A stretch of 64,000 nucleotides of DNA from Candidatus Gastranaerophilales bacterium (GCA_023663225.1 JAMPHU010000010.1:1513-65512); one strand, 5' to 3'. Counted from the stretch's first letter, positions 30,088 to 39,838 are shown. Notes: generated from the letters alone by a model not told the origin. A program made the numbers and translations.

Positions 30088-30876
30088 CTATTTCTTTGGG
30101 TAAATCACCAATCCATACTTTTCTCGACTGGCTTTTTCATTTAAAATTCCATTGGCAGAAAAGGTAGCCATTACGCTTCCAACAAATTCTTTATTTATCA
30201 AATTTCCCACCCGGTTAGGAAGTTCTTTGTTCTTGTACTGTATTAAATAGTACAAATGAGCAAAATAAGAGATAAAGTCGCAAATTTGAATAAAATGCGA
30301 TTCCTTGGAATCCTTTTCAAGAACATCTTCTATCATATTTTTGATAGGCTTATTAATATATCCTCCAAATTGTGACTGAATTGGATTATAAGCCCGTATG
30401 GCTCTTGCTGTTTTTCTCATAGGGGATATACGCCCCTTGTCTGTAATGAGTATAAAGTTCCAGTTTCCCTGGCTATCGTTTTCTATTCTTTGGATATTGT
30501 ATGTAAGGGCATTTTGTAATACTGGATAATCATTCACAGTAATAAATGATTTATCAATTATTACATTGATTGCAGAAATATTGAGTGAAGCAATCATTAG
30601 GGTGTATTTCTTCAAAATTTCTGTTCTCTGTGTAGGTGTCCAGTTATATGCTCGATAAGGATTTTTATCAGTCAAAAAATGCTTCGTGTGCATTTCCTGT
30701 CCTATATGAAAACCATATTTCTTTTTTAGGTTGGAACGGAACGCTTTTATGTTGTTATAATTTCCTTGCCAAGAACTGCTTGGCATATATATGCTGGTTA
30801 AAATAAATGCTTCACTGGAAGACGTATTTAACCCGTCATCTCCGGTTTCGTCACAATATACAATCTGTGTTTCCAT
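30088..30876 (-). CDS. DUF3800-family protein (B)
   Basis: METQIVYCDETGDDG..EAFILTSIYM and C-terminal FIQICDFISYF motifs. AAAGGAGA RBS before ATG 30876 (ORF-track start 30912 rejected). Very AT-rich. Confidence 0.7.
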   Translation of the reverse strand: METQIVYCDETGDDGLNTSSSEAFILTSIYMPSSSWQGNYNNIKAFRSNLKKKYGFHIGQEMHTKHFLTDKNPYRAYNWTPTQRTEILKKYTLMIASLNISAINVIIDKSFITVNDYPVLQNALTYNIQRIENDSQGNWNFILITDKGRISPMRKTARAIRAYNPIQSQFGGYINKPIKNMIEDVLEKDSKESHFIQICDFISYFAHLYYLIQYKNKELPNRVGNLINKEFVGSVMATFSANGILNEKASREKYGLVIYPKK

Positions 30877-31104
30877 AAAAAATAATCTCCTTTGTGGGTT
30901 CTGTTTATGCAAAATTTGTTAAATTCATTTTCTGTCTCATAAATATGCGGCACGTTTTCGGTAAAAATCACCATCAACTAAAATTGCAGTTTTCATTAAT
31001 ATCCTCCATAACGAGTAAAGCCTTAGGTATCAGATGCTTCCTTATCCTAGGGAAGCTTACCACCTAAAGCTTATTTACATTATAACTTTCGTTACATGCT
31101 TATT

Positions 31105-31239
31105 TTATGCTATAAGTGGAAAAATCAATATTAGGTTCTCTTTGCCAGTTGGTAAAATACCTAATTCTTTAGCGATGTCTTTCTGCAAAAGTTTTTTTGA
31201 TTCTCTTAAGTTTCGTAACACAATGCAAAATTCACTCAT
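31105..31239 (-). pseudogene. 44-codon XRE-type HTH remnant
   Basis: Hand translation gives MSEFCIVLRNLRESKKLLQKDIAKELGILPTGKENLILIFPLIA*, with a GAGGTG RBS. HTH helices 1-2 are recognisable. The recognition helix and the rest are missing. Confidence 0.4.
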
Positions 31240-31473
31240 ATAAACACCTCTTAGTTTAATATATCATAAATCAACAATAAATCAATAAGAAAACATAAAT
31301 CAGCGTCTGCGTTTCCGATATAAGCACTTTTGACTAGGGCATTGGTGTTTTGATAAAATACATACGGGAGTCGGTAATCTTAATCAAATCTTAAACATTT
31401 CAAGGGTTTTTTGTTAAAAACTATTTTGCTACAATACTTTCATAAGAGGTGAGGGAAGGAGCAATACAGAGCC

Positions 31474-32163
31474 ATGTACAACATTTTGATCTGTGATGAT
31501 GAACAGGATATCGTCAATGCGCTGAAAATTTATCTGCACAATGAAGATTATACGCTCTATGAGGCGTTCAACGGAAAAGAGGCGTTAAAGTGCATTGCGG
31601 AGCGGGATATTCATCTGGTACTTCTGGATGTGATGATGCCGGAGATGGATGGTATCATCACCACAGTGGAGATCCGCAAGATCAGCAATGTGCCGATCAT
31701 CCTGCTGACTGCCAAGAGCGAGGACTCCGATAAGATATTGGGACTCAACATGGGGGCGGACGATTACATCACCAAACCTTTTAATCCGGTGGAAGTGTCC
31801 GCCAGAGTAAAAAGTCAACTGCGCAGATACATGCAGTTGGGGGCGGGCGTCGTGAAACCGGATACGGTCAAAATCGGCGGCATCGAGTTGGACGACAAGG
31901 AAAAATCTGTGACGCTGGACGGGGATCCGGTGTCTCTGACACCCACGGAATACGATATCTTAAAGCTGCTTATGCAGAATCCCGGGCAGGTGTTTTCCCC
32001 CAGAGAGATTTATCAGCGAATTTGGAATGATTTGCCCTATGGAAGTGAGAATACGGTGGCGGTGCACATCCGGCACCTGCGGGAGAAGCTGGAGTTCAAT
32101 CCGGCTGAACCCAGATATTTGAAGGTGGTATGGGGACAGGGATACAAGATGGAAAAGATGTGA
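31474..32163 (+). CDS. OmpR-family response regulator
   Basis: Receiver domain ILICDDE..LVLLDVMMPEMDG..TAKSE and a winged-helix output (TPTEYDILKLL..VAVHIRHLREKL..VWGQGY). Confidence 0.95.
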   Translation: MYNILICDDEQDIVNALKIYLHNEDYTLYEAFNGKEALKCIAERDIHLVLLDVMMPEMDGIITTVEIRKISNVPIILLTAKSEDSDKILGLNMGADDYITKPFNPVEVSARVKSQLRRYMQLGAGVVKPDTVKIGGIELDDKEKSVTLDGDPVSLTPTEYDILKLLMQNPGQVFSPREIYQRIWNDLPYGSENTVAVHIRHLREKLEFNPAEPRYLKVVWGQGYKMEKM

Positions 32164-32174
32164 GGAGGGCTGTT

Positions 32175-34316
32175 ATGGAAGAGGTAAAGAGGGAGCAGGA
32201 AAAACAGGAGTTGGAAAAACAGGAGCAGGCAAAGAGGGAGCAGGTAAAGCAGGAGCGGGCCGATAAGCGGGTCAATCGTTCAAAAGGGACGATTGTGGAG
32301 AGGACATGGGCAAAAGTCGCAGCGTTTTTTATTTTGATGTTTGGCTTTTTTGCCGGAGTTCTGGGAGGAATTGCGACGCTCTATATGGCAGGTGAAGACT
32401 ATTATATAGAGGGGTATGAGCAGTTTGTCCACGACAGGATGGTTTCGCAGATATGGAATGATGTGGGGATTATGAATCGGTATTATCGGGTTCAGGAATC
32501 GGCCGAGACGGAGATTCGAAATTTTCTGGAGCGGGACAGACCGAGTCTTTCCATAGAGTTATATGAGGGGGAAGAGCTAGTGTGGAGCTTTGCGTCGGAG
32601 GAGGAAAAGGAGAGTCCTTATCATTTCGTGTGTTATACTTTTGTGATGATGGACGAGGAACACGCGACGCAAAGCGTGAACTCTCAAATTGTCGCCGAGG
32701 AAAAGGAGCTGACCTATTATCTGTATGTGGATCCGGAATTTCCGATGCATGATGCTTACTGGATGGTGGAGCGGGAATGTCATTTTCTGGCCAGGTATGC
32801 GTATCTGTACCCAACTGTGGCAGTCGCAGGGGTGTTGTCTGTTTTGATCAGCTTTGTCTTTTTGATGTGCAGCGCGGGACATCACCGCGGCAAGGAGGGG
32901 ATCACGGGAGGTGTGCTTTCCAGGTATCCGTTTGATCTGATAACGCTGCTTTTTGCGGGGATCGGTGTGACGGCAATGATGTTTATCGTGGAGATGCTCA
33001 GTTATTCCTACAATTTTGCAGAGTATCTGTTTGTACTGGCAATAGCGTCCCTTTTGCTTGTATGGGTGGTGGTCTACTTAAGAGAATTGGCGTTGCGCAT
33101 GAAGATGGGAGATGTGTTCCGACATACGTTGATCTATAGCTTGTGCAAGGGCATAGGGGCGTTGGTGAGAGGAATGCCGCTTGTGATAAATGTATGTATT
33201 GTTTTTGTCGGGGTTGCGATCTTTGAGTTGATGGGAGTTTTTCTGACCAGGAGTACCGTGGCGCTCGTGCTGTGGATGTTGGAGAAGGTCGTTTTTTTCC
33301 CAGTGGTCGTCTATGTCGCACTGATGTGTAAAAGACTGCAAAAAGGCAGCGAGATGCTGGCGGCCGGAGAATTGAGCAGTCAGATTGATACTTCGTATAT
33401 GATTCTGGCTTTTAAGCAGCATGGGGAAAACTTAAACCGTATTGCCCAGGGGATGTCCGTGGCGGTGGAGCAGCGTTTGAAGAGTGAACGCCTCAAGACG
33501 GAGCTGATCACAAATGTGTCCCATGATATCAAGACGCCGCTGACCTCCATCATCAACTATGCAAATCTGATCGGAAGCCTGATAGCGGGCGAGATCGACA
33601 CGGAAACCAGGGAATTTTTGAAATCAGGGGGGGTGGTTTCTGACATGTCGGATCAGGTAGAAGGTGGGATTGTTACGGAGACGGAAGCACAAGGCGTTAT
33701 AACGGTAAGAGAGCGGGAGATACTGTCCGAATATGCGGAGGTGCTGCTCAGACAGTCCAAACGGCTGAAGAAGCTGTTGGAGGACTTGGTGGAGGCGTCC
33801 AAGGCCACTACAGGGAATCTGGAGGTGCATTTACAGTCCTGTGAGGTGGGAGTTTTGCTGACACAGGCGGTCGGAGAGTATGAGCAGCGCTTCCAGGAGA
33901 AGGGACTGGAAATGATTGTGAAGCAGCCCGAGGAGCGGATCACGGTGATGGCTGACGGCAGACATATCTGGAGAGTATTTGACAATCTGTTGAACAATAT
34001 CTGCAAGTATGCCCAGGAAAATACCCGTGTGTACTTGACGGTGGAGATCAAGATTCAGGGGACGGTGGAGATCATTTTCCGCAACATGTCAAAATATCCG
34101 TTGGAAACCGCGGGGGAGGAACTGAAAGAGCGTTTTGTGCGCGGCGACCAGTCCCGTCATATGGAGGGCAGCGGCCTGGGGTTGTCGATTGCCTCCAGTC
34201 TGGTGGAATTGCAGGGAGGACAGATGGAGATTGTCACGGACGGAGATCTGTTCAAGGTGATCATCCGGCTGCCGAGGACCGAAGCGCCAGAGAAGCAGAC
34301 TTTGGAAAAGAAATAA
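32175..34316 (+). CDS. Multi-TM sensor histidine kinase
   Basis: H-box ITNVSHDIKTPLTSIINYANLI. N and G boxes (NLLNNICKYAQ, GSGLGLSIASSLVELQGG). About 6 TM helices. N-terminal EQ/K-rich low-complexity tail. ATG 32175 preferred over 32130. Confidence 0.9.
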   Translation: MEEVKREQEKQELEKQEQAKREQVKQERADKRVNRSKGTIVERTWAKVAAFFILMFGFFAGVLGGIATLYMAGEDYYIEGYEQFVHDRMVSQIWNDVGIMNRYYRVQESAETEIRNFLERDRPSLSIELYEGEELVWSFASEEEKESPYHFVCYTFVMMDEEHATQSVNSQIVAEEKELTYYLYVDPEFPMHDAYWMVERECHFLARYAYLYPTVAVAGVLSVLISFVFLMCSAGHHRGKEGITGGVLSRYPFDLITLLFAGIGVTAMMFIVEMLSYSYNFAEYLFVLAIASLLLVWVVVYLRELALRMKMGDVFRHTLIYSLCKGIGALVRGMPLVINVCIVFVGVAIFELMGVFLTRSTVALVLWMLEKVVFFPVVVYVALMCKRLQKGSEMLAAGELSSQIDTSYMILAFKQHGENLNRIAQGMSVAVEQRLKSERLKTELITNVSHDIKTPLTSIINYANLIGSLIAGEIDTETREFLKSGGVVSDMSDQVEGGIVTETEAQGVITVREREILSEYAEVLLRQSKRLKKLLEDLVEASKATTGNLEVHLQSCEVGVLLTQAVGEYEQRFQEKGLEMIVKQPEERITVMADGRHIWRVFDNLLNNICKYAQENTRVYLTVEIKIQGTVEIIFRNMSKYPLETAGEELKERFVRGDQSRHMEGSGLGLSIASSLVELQGGQMEIVTDGDLFKVIIRLPRTEAPEKQTLEKK

Positions 34317-34326
34317 TTTGGGCATA

Positions 34327-34368
34327 AAAAAGCGCATGGTTTACATTTACTGTTTCCATGCGCTTTTC
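34327..34368 (+). terminator. Rho-independent terminator after the two-component system
   Basis: 12-bp stem AAAAGCGCATGG (34327-34338) / CCATGCGCTTTT (34355-34366). Confidence 0.7.
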
Positions 34369-34389
34369 TATGAACAACTGTCAATTTGG

Positions 34390-34442
34390 TTGACAGAGTG
34401 TTTTTATTGTGGTATAAGTGTATTAAGAGAGTTAATACACTT
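34390..34442 (+). promoter_or_regulatory. Promoter (TTGACA-N17-TATAAG) overlapped by an 11-bp inverted repeat, candidate YtrA/GntR operator
   Basis: TTGACA at 34390-34395 and TATAAG at 34413-34418. AAGTGTATTAA-N5-TTAATACACTT spans 34416-34442, immediately upstream of the GntR gene. Confidence 0.55.
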
Positions 34443-34494
34443 GGTTCCAATGTGTAAGTGGAAGCAGGGGAAGAAAGGCGGAAAGGAAGACAGC

Positions 34495-34866
34495 ATGATT
34501 TTGTTGGACTATCGGGATAAACGTCCTATCTATGAGCAAGTGGTGGAAAAGCTGGAGCATCTCATTGTCAGCGGCGGACTGGAACCTTTGACCAGAATGC
34601 CCAGCGTGAGAAGTCTTGCCATGGAGTTGTCCGTCAATCCCAATACCATACAGCGGGCTTACGCACAGCTTGAGCGGGAAGGTTATCTGTATATGGTCTC
34701 GGGGCGGGGATGTTTTGTGACCGCTGAGAGCGAATGGCGGGAAAATAAGCAGAGTAAGGTGATGCGGGAATGGCGGGATATCACTTTGCATGCAAAGGAA
34801 GCGGGAATCAAGGAGGAGCGTTTGGCGGAGCTGTTGCATCAATTATATGAGGAGGACGGGCAATGA
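34495..34866 (+). CDS. GntR-family (YtrA subfamily) transcriptional regulator
   Basis: PIYEQVVEKLEHLIVSGGL..MPSVRSLAMELSVNPNTIQRAYAQLEREGYL, with a short C-terminal helical tail. ATG 34495 preferred because the ORF-track start 34318 spans a terminator and promoter. Confidence 0.85.
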   Translation: MILLDYRDKRPIYEQVVEKLEHLIVSGGLEPLTRMPSVRSLAMELSVNPNTIQRAYAQLEREGYLYMVSGRGCFVTAESEWRENKQSKVMREWRDITLHAKEAGIKEERLAELLHQLYEEDGQ

Positions 34867-35765
34867 TCGAACTGCGCAATGTGAGTAAAAGATTTGATGA
34901 TATCAAGGCTCTGGAATCTGTCAGCGCCAAGATTGAGGAGGGGCATGTGTTTGGACTGATCGGGACAAACGGAGCGGGCAAGTCCACTTTGATGCGGCTG
35001 CTGTGCGGTGTGTATCGGCCGGATGAGGGAGAGATTTTGGTGGATCAAAAGGCCGTCTATGACGATCCGGCTGTCAAGGCAGAGTTGTTTTATATCTCTG
35101 ACGACCAATTCTATGTGAGAAACGGGACGCCAAGGGATATGCTGCGCATGTATCAGACTTATTATCCGCAATTTGACGGGGAGAAATGGAAGCATTTGAT
35201 GGGGAAGTTTGGCCTGGATGTCAGGCGCAAGATCAACACTTACTCCAAGGGTATGAAGAAGCAGCTCTCCGTCATCTGCGGCGTGTGCGCCAACACCAAG
35301 TATCTGTTGTGTGACGAGACGTTTGACGGACTGGATCCTGTGATGCGCCAGGCGGTGAAAAGTGTCTTTATCAAAGAGATGGAGGAGAGAGGGATGACGC
35401 CGGTGATCGCTTCCCACAATCTGCGGGAGCTGGAGGATATCTGCGAGTATGTGGGACTGCTCCATCAGGGAGGGATCTTGTTTGAGCGGGATCTGGATGA
35501 GATGAAAATGAATATCCACAAGGTACAGTGCGTGATCCGGACGGAAGAGATGCTCTCCAGGCTAAAGGAAGGACTGGATATTCTTTCTTTGGAGAACAGG
35601 GGAGCGCTGTACACTTTTACAGTCAGAGGGGCGAGACAGGATGTGGAAGGTTTTATGGAGGAGCTGAAACCGGTGTTCTTTGAGCTTCTGCCGCTGTCTT
35701 TGGAGGAGATATTTATCAGTGAAACGGAGGTGAAAGGTTATGACGTCAAAGCGCTTATTTTTTAG
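34863..35765 (+). CDS. ABC transporter ATP-binding protein
   Basis: Walker A GTNGAGKSTL, signature YSKGMKKQL and Walker B LLCDETFDGLD. 4-nt overlap with the GntR gene. Confidence 0.9.
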   Translation: MIELRNVSKRFDDIKALESVSAKIEEGHVFGLIGTNGAGKSTLMRLLCGVYRPDEGEILVDQKAVYDDPAVKAELFYISDDQFYVRNGTPRDMLRMYQTYYPQFDGEKWKHLMGKFGLDVRRKINTYSKGMKKQLSVICGVCANTKYLLCDETFDGLDPVMRQAVKSVFIKEMEERGMTPVIASHNLRELEDICEYVGLLHQGGILFERDLDEMKMNIHKVQCVIRTEEMLSRLKEGLDILSLENRGALYTFTVRGARQDVEGFMEELKPVFFELLPLSLEEIFISETEVKGYDVKALIF

Positions 35766-37860
35766 AGTGATGCGTGAAGATATGCGGCATCGGATCTGGA
35801 TGGCGGCGCTGTCTGCGCTGGAAAGCTTTCTGGCGCTGCCGGTGGCATGGCTGATCGTCAAAAACCAGTTGGGAGGGGCAGGGGCGGATACCCGGCTGAT
35901 CATACAAGATATTTTTACCTTTTTTAGCGGCTATCTGACGGCGGTCGGCAGCCTGATCGCGGTGTCGTCCGTGTTGACCGCAAGTCTGGGCGGCTTTCGG
36001 TTTTTGTTCCACAAAAATATGGTGGATACTTACCATAGTCTGCCCGTGAGCCGAAACGTATTGTTTGGAGCGTGTTATGTGAACGGGATCATTCTCTGGT
36101 TTGTGCCCTTTTTTGGGGGACTGATCTCGGCGTTTACGCTGGCGGGAGGACTGCTGTGTGAAGTGGGCGGCAGGGCGGAATTATATACGCTGATGGGGAT
36201 AGTGGCGGAAAGTCTGCTGGTCTTGACGGTGATCTTTTTGCTGTTATACAATCTGATCCTGGTGGCCGTGATGATCAGCGGCAATGTTTTAAACTCCATT
36301 GTCAGTATGTTCGTCCTGGGATTTGGGAGCAGCATAGTCTATGCGTTCCTATCCTCTTTTATGACGCTGTATCTGGATACTTTTTGGGACAGAGGACTGA
36401 GCCACAGACGCGATGTAATCTTCGCCTCTCCGATGCTCTCCTCGATCTATCTTGCGGTTCTGCGGGAGGAGGCGCCGGAGGAAATCTGGGTCGATCTGCT
36501 CATCAATCTTGTGATCGCCATAGTGCTTGGCCTGTGGGCGTGGCATATGTACAAAAAGCGCAGCTCGGAACTTGCGGAGCAGGGGACGAAGAGCAGGATC
36601 GCCACGACGTTTCTCAGGATATTGGTGAGCGTATCTGCAGGGATGGGCGGCTGGCTGCTCTTTGTGGTGCTCACGGACATAGACAATCTGGGATGGGGAC
36701 TTTTCGGCGGCATTTTGGGGGGAGTGATGGCTTTTGGCTTGATGAACGTGATGTTTTCCATGGATTTTAAAAGTTTTTTTGCACACAAAGGGCAGATGGC
36801 GTTTGTCCTGATCGGGACGCTTTTGCTGTGCTGTGTTTATCGGGGAGACTGGATGGGATATGACACTTATCTGCCTAGGGGAGGGGTTGCAGAGATCGCA
36901 GTTTATCAGCAGTCTCTCAACAGTAACAGGTATCGGGATGGAACCATACTGGGCAACATGCATTTTGCGGATGAGGAGGCGATCTATGCCTTTTTGGAGA
37001 GAATGGTCGAACGGGAGCGGACTGATTCGGATGAGGAAGATGAGGAGACGATGGTGGTCAGAGTCACCAGATCCACGGGCAAAAGTTATTTTCGCGAATA
37101 TCTGGTCAGGCAGGAGGATCTGGATGTGATATGGCCGCTGTTTAACAGTCGGGAGTACCTGGAAAATGCCTATTGCGTGGATGAAACGGTAAACTGGAGC
37201 TACTTGGCATTTTTGAGAGGCAGGGAAACGACGGCGGAGACTCTTGACAGACAGGAGATGGTGACTTCCATTATTCGGGCATACAATCAGGATGTGTTGG
37301 AGAATCCGCAGGTGATTCTTTCGGGAGGAGAGCGATTGTTGGTCACGATCGACCTCAGAGGGCATAAGAATAGGTGGCAGCAATGGTACAGGCTGGACGT
37401 CTATGAGTCCATGGAACATACAGTGGAGGCGCTGCGGCAGGCCGGTTACGGAGAGTGGGTGGAGACACCCGATGCTTCCCAGATACAGGAAGTGCAGTTT
37501 GATCTGAGTCTGAACGCCTCGCGGCCGCTTACCGCGGAGGAGCTCATCGCCGAGGCCAGAGCTGCTTTCTCTACAGGGAGTGATGCCGCATGGCGGCGGG
37601 AGGATTATTCTGTGGATGCCGTCTCTACGTCCGGTGCGACAGAGATTGTGGGTGAGCGCTATCAGTGGAGACTCCATGTCACCGACCCGAATGAGATCGA
37701 GGAGCTTGCCTTGTGCTTAAGTCACGCATATTCGTCGCAAAATGTTCTGCACAGCGGCTACAGCAATGTGACGGTCGTCTATAAGGACGGCAGCGAAGAG
37801 ATTTGTTATATTCAAAGAAGTATGCTGCCGGAGAAATATATCCTGAGATTTGGAGAATAG
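35740..37860 (+). CDS. Large ABC-associated membrane protein (N-terminal polytopic domain, ~330-aa C-terminal soluble domain)
   Basis: Overlaps the ATPase gene by 26 nt (GGAGGTG RBS). About 8-10 TM helices in the first ~370 aa, then a hydrophilic domain with no motif I recognise. Confidence 0.6.
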   Translation: MTSKRLFFRVMREDMRHRIWMAALSALESFLALPVAWLIVKNQLGGAGADTRLIIQDIFTFFSGYLTAVGSLIAVSSVLTASLGGFRFLFHKNMVDTYHSLPVSRNVLFGACYVNGIILWFVPFFGGLISAFTLAGGLLCEVGGRAELYTLMGIVAESLLVLTVIFLLLYNLILVAVMISGNVLNSIVSMFVLGFGSSIVYAFLSSFMTLYLDTFWDRGLSHRRDVIFASPMLSSIYLAVLREEAPEEIWVDLLINLVIAIVLGLWAWHMYKKRSSELAEQGTKSRIATTFLRILVSVSAGMGGWLLFVVLTDIDNLGWGLFGGILGGVMAFGLMNVMFSMDFKSFFAHKGQMAFVLIGTLLLCCVYRGDWMGYDTYLPRGGVAEIAVYQQSLNSNRYRDGTILGNMHFADEEAIYAFLERMVERERTDSDEEDEETMVVRVTRSTGKSYFREYLVRQEDLDVIWPLFNSREYLENAYCVDETVNWSYLAFLRGRETTAETLDRQEMVTSIIRAYNQDVLENPQVILSGGERLLVTIDLRGHKNRWQQWYRLDVYESMEHTVEALRQAGYGEWVETPDASQIQEVQFDLSLNASRPLTAEELIAEARAAFSTGSDAAWRREDYSVDAVSTSGATEIVGERYQWRLHVTDPNEIEELALCLSHAYSSQNVLHSGYSNVTVVYKDGSEEICYIQRSMLPEKYILRFGE

Positions 37861-37931
37861 GACGCTCTTGTCCCGCATAGAATGAAGATGTGGACGAACA
37901 TAAGTCTTTGGTGTAAAACGGGGCGAGGGGA

Positions 37932-38456
37932 ATGATCGGTTTTTTTGAAGACTACGAATGGAAATTGAGTGGCCGTATCAAGTCGGTATTGATTGTGTTT
38001 CTGTCGGCAATGCTGTTGCTTTTCTATGCGGAAATGAGAGAGCAGGCGCCGGCGCCAAACGAGGCGGAGAGCCTCAGGGACAATCCCGTCGATTCTTACT
38101 TTTTGGAGATGGAACAGCGTATCTCCGGGAATATGCGCGACAGATGGCAGCAGCTCTATCTGGACGCCTGGGAGCAGGAGCTTGCCCACGCCTATGAGCT
38201 GATGGGACAGGACTTGCCGGAGCTCTTTTTTGAGGAAGGCGGATATGGTATGCGGGCAAGGCAAAGCTTTGGAGAATTTATGGAGGCCCAGAGCTATCTG
38301 GAAGGGTATTATGCGGGCGGCATGTCGGGGGAACGAGGGACGACAGCGGACGCCCGCATAGAACTGGCACGGGCGCAGACTCTGCGCCTGTACCGGCAAA
38401 TCTGTGAGAAACGAGAAGGGGAGGAGATGGCGGATCTGTACTTGTTTGCCAAGTAA
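37932..38456 (+). CDS. Hypothetical single-TM helical protein
   Basis: GAGGGGA RBS. N-terminal TM segment VLIVFLSAMLLLF, then an acidic helical region. No recognisable family. Confidence 0.4.
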   Translation: MIGFFEDYEWKLSGRIKSVLIVFLSAMLLLFYAEMREQAPAPNEAESLRDNPVDSYFLEMEQRISGNMRDRWQQLYLDAWEQELAHAYELMGQDLPELFFEEGGYGMRARQSFGEFMEAQSYLEGYYAGGMSGERGTTADARIELARAQTLRLYRQICEKREGEEMADLYLFAK

Positions 38457-38463
38457 AGCGCGC

Positions 38464-38907
38464 TCACGCCTTCTCAGAATATTTTTCTTCACAGTATTTG
38501 CAGCGGTAGACGGCCTTTTCCTCATCCGACAGCACAAAGATGTGGGGAAGTCCCTGCTCGATGGAAGTGATGCAGCGAGGGTTGTGACAGCGGATCACGT
38601 TTCGGATCTGGCGCGGGAGCACCAGGTCCTTTTTTTCCACGATCTCCCCGCTCTTGATCACATTGACGGTGATATTGTGATCGAGAAAGGCGAGAATATC
38701 CAAGTCCAGGGTGTTGATGTCACATTCCACTTTCAGAATATCCTTTTTTCCCATTTTGTTGCTTCGGGCGTTCTTGATGATTGCCACGGGGCAGTCCAGC
38801 TTGTCCAACTGCAGATGGCTGTAGAGGGAGAGGCTTTTGCCGGCCTTGATGTGATCTAACACAAAACCTTCCTCAATTTTACCTACGTTTAACATATTCG
38901 AAACCAT
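38464..38907 (-). CDS. pyrI: Aspartate carbamoyltransferase regulatory subunit
   Basis: VLDHIKAG..KDILKVE and a C-terminal zinc cluster CHNPRCIT..YRCKYCE. Directly downstream of pyrB. Confidence 0.9.
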   Translation of the reverse strand: MVSNMLNVGKIEEGFVLDHIKAGKSLSLYSHLQLDKLDCPVAIIKNARSNKMGKKDILKVECDINTLDLDILAFLDHNITVNVIKSGEIVEKKDLVLPRQIRNVIRCHNPRCITSIEQGLPHIFVLSDEEKAVYRCKYCEEKYSEKA

Positions 38908-38923
38908 TCCTTTCTCTTTTTCG

Positions 38924-39838
38924 TTATACGGTTATGTTCAGCAAGGTCAAAATCAGCGCCATGCGCACATACACGCCGTACTGTGCCTGGCGGAAATACG
39001 CTGCCCTGGGGTCGGTATCGACTTCCACGGAAATCTCATTGACGCGCGGCAAAGGGTGGAGCACCAACATATTTTCCTTGGCAAGCTTCATTTTTTCGGC
39101 GTCCAGAATATAGAAATCTTTCAGTCGGATATAATCTTCCTCGTTGAAGAAGCGTTCCTTCTGCACGCGGGTCATGTAGAGCATGTCCAAGGTGGGCATC
39201 ACATCGTCCAGCCGGATGACCTCCTCATAGGGGATCTTTTTTTCTTTCAGCATATCTGTGATGTAGTCGGGAACCTTGAGCTCTATCGGCGAGATAAACA
39301 CAAAACGCACGTTATCGTATCGCACCAGCGCATTGATCAGAGAATGGACGGTGCGGCCGAACTTCAGGTCGCCGCACAGGCCGATGGTGAAATCGCTCAG
39401 GCTTCCATAGAGGCTGCGTATGGTCAGAAGGTCTGTCAGGGTTTGGGTGGGGTGCTGGTGGCCGCCGTCTCCGGCGTTGATCACGGGAATCTGTGATCGC
39501 TCGGCAGCGACCATGGGCGCGCCCTCTTTGGGGTGGCGCATGGCGCAGATATCCGCATAGCAGGATATGACGCGGATCGTGTCGGCTACGCTTTCTCCCT
39601 TTGCCGCGGAGGAGGAGTTGGCGTCTGAAAAGCCGATCACGCGTCCGCCCAGTCTGGTCATGGCCGACTCAAAGCTCAGTCTGGTGCGGGTGCTGGGCTC
39701 ATAAAAGCAGGTGGCCAGAATCTTACTCTCACAGGCGTGGGCGTATTTTTGCGGATTCTTTTCGATATCGCCTGCCAGATCAAAAAGTTTGTCCAGTTCT
39801 TCCGCTGTCAGGTCCAGCGGACTCATTAAATGTCTCAT
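38924..39838 (-). CDS. pyrB: Aspartate carbamoyltransferase catalytic subunit
   Basis: Signature [13 protein letters not shown], plus HPTQ and HPLPR motifs. ATG at 39838 ([10 protein letters not shown]) preferred because the longer ORF-track version crosses a terminator hairpin. Confidence 0.92.
   Translation of the reverse strand: MRHLMSPLDLTAEELDKLFDLAGDIEKNPQKYAHACESKILATCFYEPSTRTRLSFESAMTRLGGRVIGFSDANSSSAAKGESVADTIRVISCYADICAMRHPKEGAPMVAAERSQIPVINAGDGGHQHPTQTLTDLLTIRSLYGSLSDFTIGLCGDLKFGRTVHSLINALVRYDNVRFVFISPIELKVPDYITDMLKEKKIPYEEVIRLDDVMPTLDMLYMTRVQKERFFNEEDYIRLKDFYILDAEKMKLAKENMLVLHPLPRVNEISVEVDTDPRAAYFRQAQYGVYVRMALILTLLNITV

Noticed and set aside
31034-31243. 69-aa plus-strand ORF in the AT-rich region
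   Set aside because: No RBS and an implausible sequence. The opposite strand has a GAGGTG RBS and a recognisable (truncated) XRE HTH.
31265-31302. Three ATAAATCA direct repeats upstream of the response-regulator gene as OmpR-type binding sites
   Set aside because: The spacing is irregular (12 and 17 nt) and the DNA is very AT-rich, so the pattern is compatible with chance.
34318-34494. N-terminal extension of the GntR ORF
   Set aside because: The extension runs through a 12-bp-stem terminator, a promoter and the operator palindrome. The conserved GntR N-terminus starts at 34495.
36349-37677. 442-aa minus-strand ORF antisense to the ABC-associated membrane protein
   Set aside because: No RBS or motifs. 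It lies entirely within a gene that is translationally coupled to the ABC ATPase.
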